Assembly (NCBI GenBank): GCA_004431415.1
Contig: QPMI01000291.1
Location: 12,853-76,852 of the forward strand
Source: Cyanophora paradoxa CCMP329
Taxonomy: Eukaryota > Plantae > Glaucophyta
DNA: 64,000 nt
Direction of reading: 5' to 3'
A program made the translations under genes and the position numbers. Positions 1-11,648 of this stretch are shown one piece after another. The notes beneath the pieces were generated by a model, which saw nothing but the letters and a program-made list of their open reading frames with translations, ran no database searches and was not told the origin of the DNA. The stretch's first letter is position 1. Each line of letters begins with the position of its first letter.

Positions 1-30
1 CGCACCTGAACGCGAGCGGATTCGCTGCAG

Positions 31-1304
31 GTGCCGATCACGGTTACACGCGAGATCCACAAGGAGGCGCGCGCGAAAAAGCCGCGATTCAGTGCTCCAT
101 TTCGTATGATGACCTTGCTTCGCATGCAGTATGTGCCGGTGGAGATCGAGAAGGAGGTTATCAGGGAGGTTGTGGTGCGTGAGCGTTGGGACCTGAAGCT
201 AGCGCTGCTGGCGCTGGCGTGCGGACGTCGACGCGCTCTAGATCTGATCTGATCATGAACACGATCATCGCGCCGAGCCGTCTGAGTGCGTTTAATTTCG
301 CAGGTCGAGAAGCCGATCATCGTCGAGCACGAGGTCATCAAGGAGGTCCCCGTCCCCCAGCAGGTCCAGCCCCGCGGCCGCCCGCGAAAATACGCACGCG
401 CTGCGCGAATTTCGCACAACCGCGAGCTTTGACGCGGCTATTTCCTTTTCGCAGGTCGACATCCCCGTGCGGCGCGAGATGGTGCGCGGTGCGAACTCAG
501 CCCGTGCTTCGCGCAACTAATGTCATCTCTTTTCGCGCACTCTCAGATCGAGGTCCTTGTTCCTGAGGTCCCGGTGCGCGACTGCAGCTGGTTATGAGAA
601 TTTTGAACTAACGTTCCTCTAATTTCTTTAATGTCTTCTCTTCACAAGCAATCCCTTCCCCGCCTGTTCTGATTTCTTTGGCAGGTCTCCGTGGACTCGG
701 GGACCGGCCTGCACGCCGGGGCCGCCTACGGTGCGCCCCGGCCCGTTCCCGTGCCCGCATAAGCTGCAGTCTCTTTGATTTCCACTGAAACCTAATCTGC
801 GCCTGGCGGGCGGGCGCGAGCAGTGAGCAGCGCGACGACCGCCGCGCCGATCCTGGCGCCCGCGGCGGCCGCCGCGCCCGTCGCCGCCGCGCCCGCAGGC
901 GAGCAGATCTAGATCTAGAGCCGCCTTAATCACACACCGCGCTTCTCGCCTCCAGAATTCGAACCGGACTCTCGCGCGCGCAGTGGCGGAGACGACGACG
1001 ACGCAGACGACGACGACGACGACGGACGTGCACCCCGCCGCGCACCCGCACAAGCACGGCGTCATGCACAAGCTCAAGGAGAAGGTCTGCTCGAGCTCCC
1101 TTGGCCTGATTGTTCAAAGCAAAAGGCTGAGTCCGATCCGTTCGCGTCGGCCCGCAGCTGCACCTCGCCCACCACCACCCCGGTGCGACCCATAACCTTT
1201 ATATAATCAGGCCTAGGGCTCCAGGCCCGGCCCTGCAACTGGCGAAGTTAATTTGACCGCGCGTGGGATCCCCCGCAGAAGACGACGTCGCCCGCAAGTA
1301 CTGA
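31..1304 (+). CDS. 3' part of a multi-exon epiplastin/articulin-like (V/E/K/P-rich) cortical skeleton protein; 5' end lies outside the window
   Basis: Hand-spliced short exons give VPITVTREIHKE / YVPVEIEKEVIREVV / VEKPIIVEHEVIKEVPVPQQ / VDIPVRREM / IEVLVPEVP, then an Ala/Thr-rich linker, HKHGVMHKLKEK-LHLAHHHP-EDDVARKY* (TGA 1302-1304). Introns have GT/GC donors and CAG acceptors. Confidence 0.7.
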
Positions 1305-1979
1305 CCGCCCCACGCGGCCCACGGAGTCCTGAAGCCCTCGCATTAGATCTAGGTGGCACGCCCCGCCCCCGGCCCGGCGTCGGCGCCCCTGTACATGAAC
1401 GATGCCCACCGCGCCGGCGCCCCTGAACGTGTAGGCCTGAGGCCCCCCATAATCCCGGGAATAGATATTTGCGTAGCGCTGTAAATTAAATGATCGCACG
1501 TCGACGTCCCGGCCCGTTCGCGCGCGCCAGCGCCCCTGCATGCGCCGCGCCGGGTGGGCCCCCCCGGCCCGCCGCGCGCGCCGGCGCGGCCGGTGTTATA
1601 TTTAATTAGGCCCCTCGCATGATCAATATCGCGCGCGGGGCTCGAATGCAGGCTAGCTATAGATGCATGCGTAGCGCCGTAATGCTTACGTTATTAGGCA
1701 TTCGCGTTGAGGCATTCGCTTGAGAAAGTTGAGATCAAATGATGAGCTTTCGTGCTTGAGAGGCCTAGGGCCCGGGCAGACCGGTATCCGAGAGGAGATC
1801 TAGAGCCTCGCGATCGAGCTCAATCGACTTCGCGAGTTCCGACGGTTCGAGTCTTCGAGATCTATAGCTAGAGCCGGGACGAGATGGAGTCTCATATGCA
1901 TGGAGAAGAGTGCATGAGAGCGGATTGCAATCGTGCTAACCACCACCCCGATGGGCCCGATCACAGCGCTAAGTTACAC

Positions 1980-2407
1980 TGCTAACCACCACCCCGAATC
2001 CCCGATCACAACAATCAGCATACTTCCCTTCAAAGATTATCGAATCAAATCGAGTCTCATTCACTTTAGACAACGTTTCAAATCGCCGGGCATTATTTTT
2101 ATTCAAGTGCAACTGATGAATCGTGAATGCCTGCAGCCGCCTACCCGATCAAGCCGGCTCGAGCCCGAGCTCGAGCCGGCCAACTGCAGGCTGCATCTGC
2201 CTCGCGATCGATATCGAGCCCGCTGAGGCCCCGGCCGCTCGAGCTCGAGATCTAGAGCCGGCGGAGTACCCGCGACTCGGGCCGCGAGTACTAGTAGTAC
2301 TACGTAGCTATATATAGGATCGCTACCGGCCGCGCACACGCGGGCCGCCGGGCCGCGGCCGCTCGCACTATAGCTACGTCTACCAGGTATAGTGGCGCGG
2401 CACTGGC
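1980..2407 (+). repeat. Diverged direct repeat, copy 1 (partner at ~3010-3461)
   Basis: Shared core CTTCCCTT..GATTATCGAAT.AAATCGAGT..TCATTCACTTTAGACAACGTTTCAAATCGCCGGGC...GCCGGCCAACTGCAGGCTGCAT in both copies, offset about 1.05 kb; weaker similarity continues downstream. Confidence 0.8.
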
Positions 2408-2584
2408 GCCGCTGGGCGGCGCTGGCGCACTGCGGCAGCATAGCCCTCGTATACGTTTACGTACGCGTGGCGCTGCTGCGCCTGGCGACCGCCGCGCGTG
2501 GGCGTGAGCGGGGCGGGAGCCGCGGGACGACGGAGCTCGCGATCGAGGGCGCCGGCCCATCATGGCATGCATATGGCCAGCAGG

Positions 2585-2637
2585 GTATACGTATACGTAT
2601 ACGTACGCGTACGTATACGTATACGTATATATATATC
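2585..2637. repeat. (GTATAC)n/(TA)n self-complementary microsatellite
   Basis: gtatacgtatacgtatacgtacgcgtacgtatacgtatacgtatatatatat read directly. Confidence 0.85.
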
Positions 2638-2886
2638 ACCGTGGCTATCATTTCTACATGCATCATTGAAGTTGTCCTTCTAACCCAGGGCATGCGCGCA
2701 GAGCCGGCTCTGCCTTCGCGTACGCGTGCGCCCTCGGGCGCGTCGCCGTGACGCGACGACGGTTATGGTGGCCACTCCGCCCCGGACGCCCCGTGCGCCA
2801 TCCCTTCCCCCGCGCCGGGCCCCGCGGCGCTCCTCTGAGGCGGCGGGACAGGCCGCGGGCGGCTGTGGTGAGCGGGCAGACCCTCG

Positions 2887-2994
2887 CGGCCTCCGCCCAG
2901 CAGCTCATCGCCGCCTCCGCCTCGGGCGTCGGCGTGTGCGCCGGCCTCCGCCCAGCAGCTCATCGCCGCCTCCGCCTCGGGCGTCGGCGTGTGC
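2887..2994 (+). repeat. 55-bp tandem duplication (2 copies)
   Basis: cggcctccgcccagcagctcatcgccgcctccgcctcgggcgtcggcgtgtgc starts at 2887 and again at 2942. Confidence 0.85.
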
Positions 2995-3009
2995 CAGTCA
3001 TCGGGCACA

Positions 3010-3461
3010 GTGCTAACTACCCGATACCAGTCATCATACCACCCCGATCACAACATCGATCAAGGATTCTTCCCTTGAAGGATTATCGAATTAAATCGAG
3101 TTCTCATTCACTTTAGACAACGTTTCAAATCGCCGGGCTTTAGTTTTATTCAAGTGCAACTGATGAATCGTGAATGCCTGCAGCCGCCAACCCGGTCAAG
3201 CCGGCTCGCTCGAGCTCGAGCCGGCCAACTGCAGGCTGCATATCTGCCTCGCGAATCGCGATCAATTAGCAAGCCGGCTGAGCAGTGAGCCCGGCGCCGG
3301 CTCGAGCTCGAGAGCCGGCGCCCGGCGGAGTAGTAGGGTCGCCAGTGGTGGACTCGCTACCCGCGCGCGGGCCGCGGCCGCTGGTATTATAGACTTTTAT
3401 AGTTGCTGCTGAGTGGCTGCTAAGCTAGCTATATATTAATATTAGTGGCATAATCACTGGC
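3010..3461 (+). repeat. Diverged direct repeat, copy 2 (partner at ~1980-2407)
   Basis: Same core sequence as copy 1, with substitutions and small indels. Confidence 0.8.
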
Positions 3462-3610
3462 ATTATAGCTAGTAGTCTCTCAAAAAAAAAATATAGCTAG
3501 TACAGCATTAATATTATATAATAACTGTAATTCGGGTAATATTTAAGAGTCGAAATTAAGACCCCAAAATATTTAGTAATCCCGATTTTTGGCCGGTTTA
3601 TAATTTTTAA

Positions 3611-5534
3611 CAAGATCCGTGCTCCTGCGGAGCACTAAGTACGGCGAAGCCTCGCGGACGCCCTCGCGGCTGTCACAGTAGGCCTACAGGGCACTCACCG
3701 ACTGCCAGGCTGGCCAGCGGCCTGGCCGATCGCGAACAGCTTTCTGGCTGGAAGCTGGCTGGCTGACGGCCAGTCCAGCTAGCGCTGGCCGGCTAGAGGA
3801 ATATTAATGTACTGAGGAAATAAAGGGTGGAGCAGATTGAGAGGAGATTAATTATATAATATTGTTGGGAAGGAGGCCCGGGAGGGGCGAGGTTCTCGTG
3901 GCCAGGCGCATGCACAGATCTCGCGAATCGCTTAAACAGAATCTCGAATTCGAATGCATATAGCATCGATGTGTAGGGCTGCGGAGGCGAGGGCGCGCGG
4001 AAAGATGTGCAGGCGTGGCCAGCTGCAGGATCGAATTTTTGCGTCGGCTGGATTGCCGCGCCCTGTTGCGTCCGCAGAGCTTGCGAAAGGCTTTTAAAAC
4101 ATCTCTGATGAATATTGTAGCGATGCCCGTGCGTGAGGATGCGAGGGCGCGCGGAAAGATGTGCAGGTCTGTCCAGGATCGAATTTTCGGGGTCGGCTGG
4201 GTCCCCGCGGCCCGGCGCATCCGTAAAGCGTGCGGAAGGCTTCTTCTACATCTCAAATGCTTATGCTATTGTTCCGCGCATGCACCGCGGCGTGGGCGCG
4301 CGGAAAGATGTCCGGGCCCGTGCAGGATCGAATTTTTGCCGCCGGCTGGGTTCTCGTGCTCTTTCGCGTCTTCGAAGCTTGTGGAAGGCTTTGATAAAAT
4401 CCCAAATGAATATAGTAGCGATGTGCTTGCGTGAGGATGCGAGGGCGCGCGGAAAGACGTGCAGGTCCGTGAAGGATCGAATTTTTGGGGTCGGCTGGGT
4501 CCTCGCGGCCCGGCGCATCCGTAAACCGTGCGGAATGCTTTGTCTACATCTCAAATGCTTATGCTATTGTTCCGCGCATGCGCCGCGGCGTGGGCGCGCG
4601 GAAAGATGTCCGGGTCCGTGCAGGATCGACTTTTTGCCTTCCGCTGGGTTCTCGTGCTCTTTCGCGTCTTCGAAGCTTGTGGAAGGCTTTGATAAAATCT
4701 CAAATGAATATTGTAGCGATGCGCATGCGCAAGAATGCGAGGGTGCGCGGAAAGATGTTCAGGTCCGTCCAGGATCGAATTTTCGGGGTCGGCTGGGTCC
4801 TCGCGGCCTGGTGCATTTAGAGACCGTGCGGAAGTCTTCTTCTACATCTCAAATGCTTATGCTATCGTTCCGCGCGTGCGCCGCGGCGTGGGCGCGCGGA
4901 AAGATGTCCGGGCCCGTGTGGGATCGAATTTTTGCCGTCGGGTACCTTCCTGCGCTGTTCCGGCTCCGAAAAGCGGATTTCGGGGGTGCGCAGGCCCTGC
5001 TATGTCTATACGCGCCAGTACGCATCGATTGCGCGCGTCGCGGGACCGGCCGGAACCGGGAGGATCAAATTTCGGCCTACTGTTCGGACTGCAGCGTCGA
5101 GGGCGCCCGAAATCGAGCTTGCGGCGATGCGCTCGCCCTCGCCCGTCATTCTGTATCGTTCTGGGGCGTCCCTGGCGCGATTTCGTCGCGGGACCGGGCG
5201 GGACCGGGTCAGGCGAAGCCTCTTTCTCAAACCCAAAAACCGCCGATATAAATTCCTTTTTTAACCTTTTTTTCCACTCAAGATCCCCCCTGCTAAATAA
5301 TTTCCGCGTCGCACTCCCTCGAGGACGAATTATTAATTCTGCCTCGACACGGACGCGATTGCCGCTAATGACTCAGCTACCCTAACCCCCACAGACCTCT
5401 CTAGATCCATTTTTAGCGTCGTGGCTCCCTAAGACGACCGCTCGCCCGTGGGCGTCGCGCGAAAATCGAATTTCCCTCTGGATCAATTCCGGTACTTAAC
5501 CTCCGACAAATGCAGTCCGAGTCAGAAGGTGGGA
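3611..5534 (-). mobile_element. Non-autonomous Helitron-like element, full-length copy
   Basis: On the minus strand it starts 5'-TCCCACCTTCTGAC (5534) and ends with a GTGCTCC-GCA-GGAGCAC hairpin (3619-3635) then GGATCTTG|T (3611/3610). Boundaries come from comparison with the second copy. No Rep/helicase ORF. Confidence 0.6.
3985..4940 (+). repeat. Internal satellite: ~150-bp related subunits arranged as a ~299-bp dimer, about 6-7 subunits
   Basis: The anchor GCGCGCGGAAAGATG...CAGGATCGAATTTT recurs roughly every 150 bp; GAGGATGCGAGGGCGCGCGG recurs at ~4135, ~4433 and ~4733. Confidence 0.85.
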
Positions 5535-6750
5535 CCCGGTCCCGCCCGGTCCCGCGACGAAATCGCGCCAGGGACGCCCAGAACGATACAGAATGCCGCG
5601 CGAGGGCGAGCGCATCGCCGCAAGCTCGATTTCAAGCGCCGTCGACGCTCCAGTGCGAAGAGTCGGCCGAAAATTTGATCCAGCGCTAGCCGGTCCCGCC
5701 CGGTCCCGCGACGCGCGCAATCGATGCGTACTGGCGCGCATGGACATAGCAGGGCCTGCGCACCCCGAAATCCGCTTTTCGGAGCCGGAACAGCGCAGGA
5801 AGGTACCCGACGGCCAAAATTCGATCCTGCACGCGCCCTGACATCTTTCCGCGCGCCCACGCCGCGGCGCATGCGCGGAACGATAGCATAAGCATTTAAG
5901 ATGTAGGCAAAGTCTTCCGCACGCTTTGCGTATGCGACGGGCCGCGAGGACCCAGCCGACCCCGAAAATTCGATCCTGCATGGACCTGCACATCTTTCCG
6001 CGCGCCCTCGCCTCGAGCTCCGCAGCCCCGCACATCGATGCTATAGCTATATGCATTCAAGATTCTGTTTAAGCGATTCGCAAGCTCTGTGCATGCGCCT
6101 GGCCGCGAGAACCTTGCCCCTCCCGGGCCTCCCTCTCAACAATATTATATATAATTCATCTCCTCTAATCTCAACCTGCTCCGGCCTCCCTTTATTTCCT
6201 CAGTACATTAATATTCCTCTAGTTATATTCCTCTAGCCGGCCAGCGGTAGCTGGACTGGCCGTCAGCCGGCCAGCTTCCAACCAGAAAGCTGTTCGCGAT
6301 CGGCCAGGCCGCTGGCCAGTGCCCTATAGGCCTACTGTGACAGCCGCGAGGGCGTCCGCGAGGCTTCGCCGTACTTAGTGCTCCGCAGGAGCACGGATCT
6401 TGTCCCACCTTCTGACCCGGACTGCATTTGTCGGAGGTTAAGTACCGGAATTGATCCAGAGGGAAATTCGATTTTCGTGCGACGCCCACGGGCGAGCGGT
6501 CGTCTTAGGGGAGCCAGGACGCTAAAAATGGATCTAGAGAGGTCTGTGGGGGTTAGGGTAGCTGAGTCATTAGCGGCAATCGCGTCCGTGTCGAGGCAGA
6601 ATTAATAATTCTGCCTCGAGGGAGTGCGACACGGAAATTATTTAGCAGGGGGGATCTTGAGTGGAAAAAAAGGTTAAAAAAGGAATTTCGGTCGTCGGTT
6701 TTTGGGTTTGAGAAAGAGGCTTCGCCTGATTAGTAGCCTGACCCGGACCC
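5533..6750 (+). mobile_element. Inverted, circularly permuted second copy of the Helitron-like element (3' part, then 5' part)
   Basis: 5533-6402 is the reverse complement of 3611-5210 with fewer satellite units; 6403-6729 is the reverse complement of ~5209-5534. Junction reads ...GGAGCACGGATCTTG|TCCCACCTTCTGAC at 6402/6403. Confidence 0.7.
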
Positions 6751-7488
6751 GTACGCGTCACGGCGTGGATATTGACATGACATGTCATGATCAACTGACA
6801 TTGACATGTCAATGCCAATTGAGTCGAATTGACATCGGACTGATTCGGACACGGCAACCCTAGGCCTACCGCAGGCTACCGGTAGTACGCGGGCGGCGGC
6901 ACTACGGGATCCGGAGTGCCGGTCTACGCAGTAGTACCGTACTAGTACGCAGTGTACTACGCAGTGTACGCACTAGTGCGGCCGGGCACTACCCGATGAC
7001 CGGTACGGTAGTGCTGGTAGTCTACTAGTACTACCGCAGTCTACCGGTAGTAGTGCCGGCGGTGCCGCGCGCAGCGTGCGCACCGCGCGGTACTACTACT
7101 AGTACGGTAGAAGCCGCGCGCAGCTTAAAGCTTGCGCACCGCGGTCGTACGCTCACGTGACGTGTACGCTCGCGGTCGTACTGCGACAGTCAGCACAGTC
7201 CCAGCCACCCAGCTGCAGGCTCCCAGCTGCTGCCTTCCACTGCGTAAACACTGCTACTAAACACCAGTATATGTAAATAGTACTGGTGTATATGCTGCTC
7301 TCACTATCATGATCGATGTCAGTCGCCAGCTGCAGCTGCCCATGCATCGATATCTGCGGTGCTCCCGTTTCAGTGAACGCTGTACGCGTAATCGTACGCG
7401 TAAGCATGTATACGTAAGAAAGCGCGCTGATATCAATTCAACGAGATCAATGCGCGCTCGAGCCAGCTGCAGCAATTGCAAGCACACC

Positions 7489-10400
7489 ATGAATTCGTTG
7501 GCGCTTCAAATCCTGACTTTAGCATCGATATCGTGTGCGCTATCAATGGCCGCGAGTCTGACCAAGGACGGTGCGGCCATGCGCGGTCGGTCCAACTGCA
7601 GAGTACGTGCGAGTAAGTGACACAAGCACATGTGCGTTTGCAGGGACCACGGCTTCTTTTGTCGACCTCTCCACGCTTGAGTCCCCGGGTCGAATGTCTT
7701 ATTGTTCAGCAATCGACGCGCTGCTGGTTATTGCCGGAACGGATTTTGATGGATATGGACAGTACATATTACGCGTGGACGGAAAGACGGGTGCATGCTC
7801 ACCCATTCTAGCTTAAGTCCTGCGTCGGAGTGCGTCCATACAAGATCTTCGGCAGGTGATGCGGCCGTTGTCATTTCGTTCAAAGGAGCGCCTCGGGAAG
7901 ATAGAGATGGTGTCGGAACCAATGCGCGGATCCAAGCTTCAGTGCGTTTTGTTGCTTTCGACGCCTTATAAGTGCGAGCAGGCTAAACGTCTTATTGCGG
8001 CAGGTCATTGCCTTCGATAAACCATGCACATACGCATATATTGGTTCGGCTCTCATTTACTTATTCATTGGGGTTTGACTCGGATAGAGGCTCGGGCTCA
8101 TGCATTTGCCCATCGCTCCCCCCTTATCGAAATCGGCAGGCCATACGTATGGCAGCAAAATTCGGCGAGTTCGCATGAGTGATTGTGCGAAATTCCCGGC
8201 GCATCAATATCAATAACCGGTACCATGCACTAATTTCTGGACTCTCTCCGCACATTCAGATTCTGTGACGACATTGGAAAACTCCAAAACGTGCAACTTT
8301 AGTTCAGCTAACGGTAATTACAATTACCTGTCAAGCATGGTACATCCGACACTCTGAATGCTTGCTCCATCTTTGTATCCGTAATCCCTCTAATATTTCC
8401 GTGAACGAACTGCAGGTGGTGAATGATGATAATACTTTTCTTTTCATGGCTGGTGTCAAGTCCGTGTGCAGACTCGATCTTAACAGTGCGTAGTATTATA
8501 TGCTGAATTGTGTGGCATGAAGTGAGCTGCACGTGGCGTAGCCTGGGAGCTTACCACAGTATCGGATGGACTGACAGGCTGGAATCACGAAATCACGATG
8601 GTTTGTGGCTTTGACATATACATGCGGCCTCTGACTTCTGGTGGACGTTATATATCAAGTTAACGTCGACTTGAGCAGGTCGATAGCGACACGCTTGTTG
8701 TGACGTCGGAAACCGTTATTCGCAAGATTATCATCAGCTCCGGCCAGGTTGATACATGATGATGCTCGATATCGTGGAATATTAACTTGATTAATTGGAA
8801 CTCGAAGGTCGTACCAATCGTGCAAAGTACATATGCAGAATCGACCGCCCCGGAACAAAATTCTCTGGACGGTGCTCGCTTCGTGCAGATGGTTAATTGT
8901 AATTGGCATCATTTCGAAGACTGAAACAAATTCCTTTCCGTGCAGGACTTGTGATGGAATTTGCGTACGCAAACGTTCGCTCCGCTGCAGATCCCATCTA
9001 CCACCGTCCGCACAACGCGGTGTACTTCATACAAAAAAATCCACTGCGTTTTCGAAAGGTCGACCTCGCATCAAGTGCGCGCACGAGCATGCACCTCGGT
9101 TAACGTTGCTGATATATTGGCTGAGATATAAGTTTGCACGCACAGTGGAATTAAAAACAATTGAATTGAGCGGCCCGTTCACTTCAATATCGCAATCTAG
9201 TTTCTTGGGGCTTGCATTAGATGTGTCACGGTGTGTTTTTTTATTCGTCTCTTGCAATTGATCATGAATTAAGCTTTTAAGTCTACATACGTGCTTCCAG
9301 GAATCGAGCCTTCATTGGCAGTAGAAATGATTATTACCATCATTACAATGTCGATTACTCGATATTTACTGTTTCGGTGGAGTTTTCAGCATCGGTTGTG
9401 AGTTGTCTGGCACAATTTGGATAGCTGTTTCTGGCAAGAATAACAAAGCGCGCGTGCAGAAAGATTGTGCAAACTTAGGCGGCGCTCTCACTGGCCTTTC
9501 AGGAACCGGTGCGGCTATTTATACGTATAAAGTACGACTGCAGATGGCGAAGCCGACGCTTGCGCAGGTTGTTCGGTTTCTGATCCCAACAGACCCAAGC
9601 TCCTCCCTATGCCTGGAGCCATCCTCAACACGTGTGACACACGCACTCGGTACGACACGGTTTCGTACACGCTTGCTCGGTTCGCCGATTTGGTTCCAGA
9701 TACACGTAAACCTGGCTCAAGCTAACAACGAATTAACTGTTTCTGAGGCCAGCATACTCGCGGGGTTTGCATATGAGTACCTCTTCACTGTCAGCACCGC
9801 TCGGTAAAGACAATAATAATTATCGCATATACATGCGAGCCTGCGGATATATGGGGCGCAGAAATGTGACGGCAACAGTTTGCTGTGATTTCAGAGGCTA
9901 TATCTCCTTCCGAGCTGGCTGTCCTCCCAAAATGAACAAATTTGATAGCACGACGGACGTTCCAGATGCGATTTACGTTTCGGATGGCCGATGCACCACG
10001 ATTTCCACTTTCGCGACACCGGGGTTGATCTACATGCTTTTTGTACAGAGCGCGCAATTTTTCAAGCAATTCTTCTTGGCACATATCTGATTATAGAACG
10101 TACGCGTTCTGAGCAGAAAACATAAATGGAGCAGCTGCAGCGTTTCCTGGGACATTTAATTTTACAGTGGCCGACAGCAGCGGTGGCGCTTGTTCGACTG
10201 CATGCGGTAGGCACTGCAGGCTTTTCTAAACCGTTGGGTATACACCTGACACTCTCACGGAACGGCAACAGCCACAGCCACACCTTCGCCATCGCCCCCT
10301 GTCCGGACAACTTGCGCCAACCAGGTTGCGCAGGCGATAGCGAGCGTCCCAGGTGCATAATCATAAGTATCTTGCCCTCCATATGAGGCAGTGTCTCTAG

Positions 10401-11335
10401 CATTTAGGGTTTTCAAACCACTCTCGCAGTGTGCTCCGGGCCGCATGCCAATCTCCCAATCATCAACACTTGCGATTCGAATACAATTTCAGGCTCAAAT
10501 GCGAACTCTCGGTCTCTGTGCGCTCAACTGAATTCGGTATAGCCGCTAATAATGATAAGCTTGACACTGAAACAGATTCGTTCCCTACTATTATGCTTCA
10601 GAATACGTGTTCAACGTGACCACTGCCCGGTGCGATCTTTCTTTCTTGAAACATGCTAAAGAAAGGGTTTTCTAAACGCCTTGAAGGGTAATCACTGCAA
10701 CCGTCTGCACGACCTATAGAATGGCCGTTCTGGCCATATTTTCAGGATGTGCAAGAATCACTCAAGCCTACGAGTCATTCCTTTACACGGCATTGGAGCC
10801 GAGCTGCACTGCAATATCCGTCTCTGCTTCTCCTGGCGTACTTTACACTCTTTCGGTGCAAGGCGAGTTCGAGCTCGCTTCAGGAAGTTTGACGCATGTT
10901 TACGGTTCTTGTCTCAGGATCCGTGTATTATTCCCTATCATCGACTCCAGATTCGCGATATGTTGGCAGCTTCACTTTCCAGATCGCCGACAGCACAGGC
11001 GGAGCATGCTCGAATCCTTGCGGTAAATTCATATATAATTCAAGCCTCTGCTTCGAACTCGCTCTGACCAGTTATCGATACATGCATATGCATGTGTGCA
11101 GTAACCCCTACGCCCTCGTCGTCTCCCTCTCAAAAGGTCTGCGCATGCACACTTGATGTACATATGTCCAATCGCTTTGCCATTAATTGCATGTTTTCAT
11201 GTATGTCAGCCTAGCCCGAGCGCTTCGCCCAGCCCGAGCCCGTCGCCGAGGCCGAGCCCGAGCCCGTCGCCCAGCCCGAGCCCGTCGCCCAGCCCGAGCC
11301 CCAGCCCGTCGCCGAGCCCGAGCCCGAGCCCGTCG

Positions 11336-11367
<32 letters not shown>

Positions 11368-11608
11368 CAGCCCGAGCACTAGCCCGACGCCCAGCCCGAG
11401 CCCAAGCCCGTCGCCGAGCCCGAGCCCGTCGCCCAGCCCAAGCCCGAGCCCGTCGCCGAGCCCGAGCCCGAGCCCCAGCCCGTCGCCCAGCCCGAGCGCT
11501 AGCCCGACGCCCAGCCCGAGCCCAAGCCCGTCGCCGAGCCCGAGCCCTTCGACCAGCCCGAGCCCGAGCCCGTCGCCGAGCCCGAGCCCGAGCCCCAGCC
11601 CGTCGCCG

Positions 11609-11648
<40 letters not shown>

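Noticed and set aside
3852-6056. Long ORFs (up to 372 aa) in the Helitron-like region
   Set aside because: Translations merely mirror the satellite units; no Rep, helicase or transposase motifs.
6552-6558. Telomeric TTAGGG motif (also CCCTAA at ~5380)
   Set aside because: Single copy within the repeat element, not an array.
6870-7150. TAC/TAG-rich low-complexity stretch as a possible RNA gene or element end
   Set aside because: No consistent unit or recognisable tRNA/snRNA structure.
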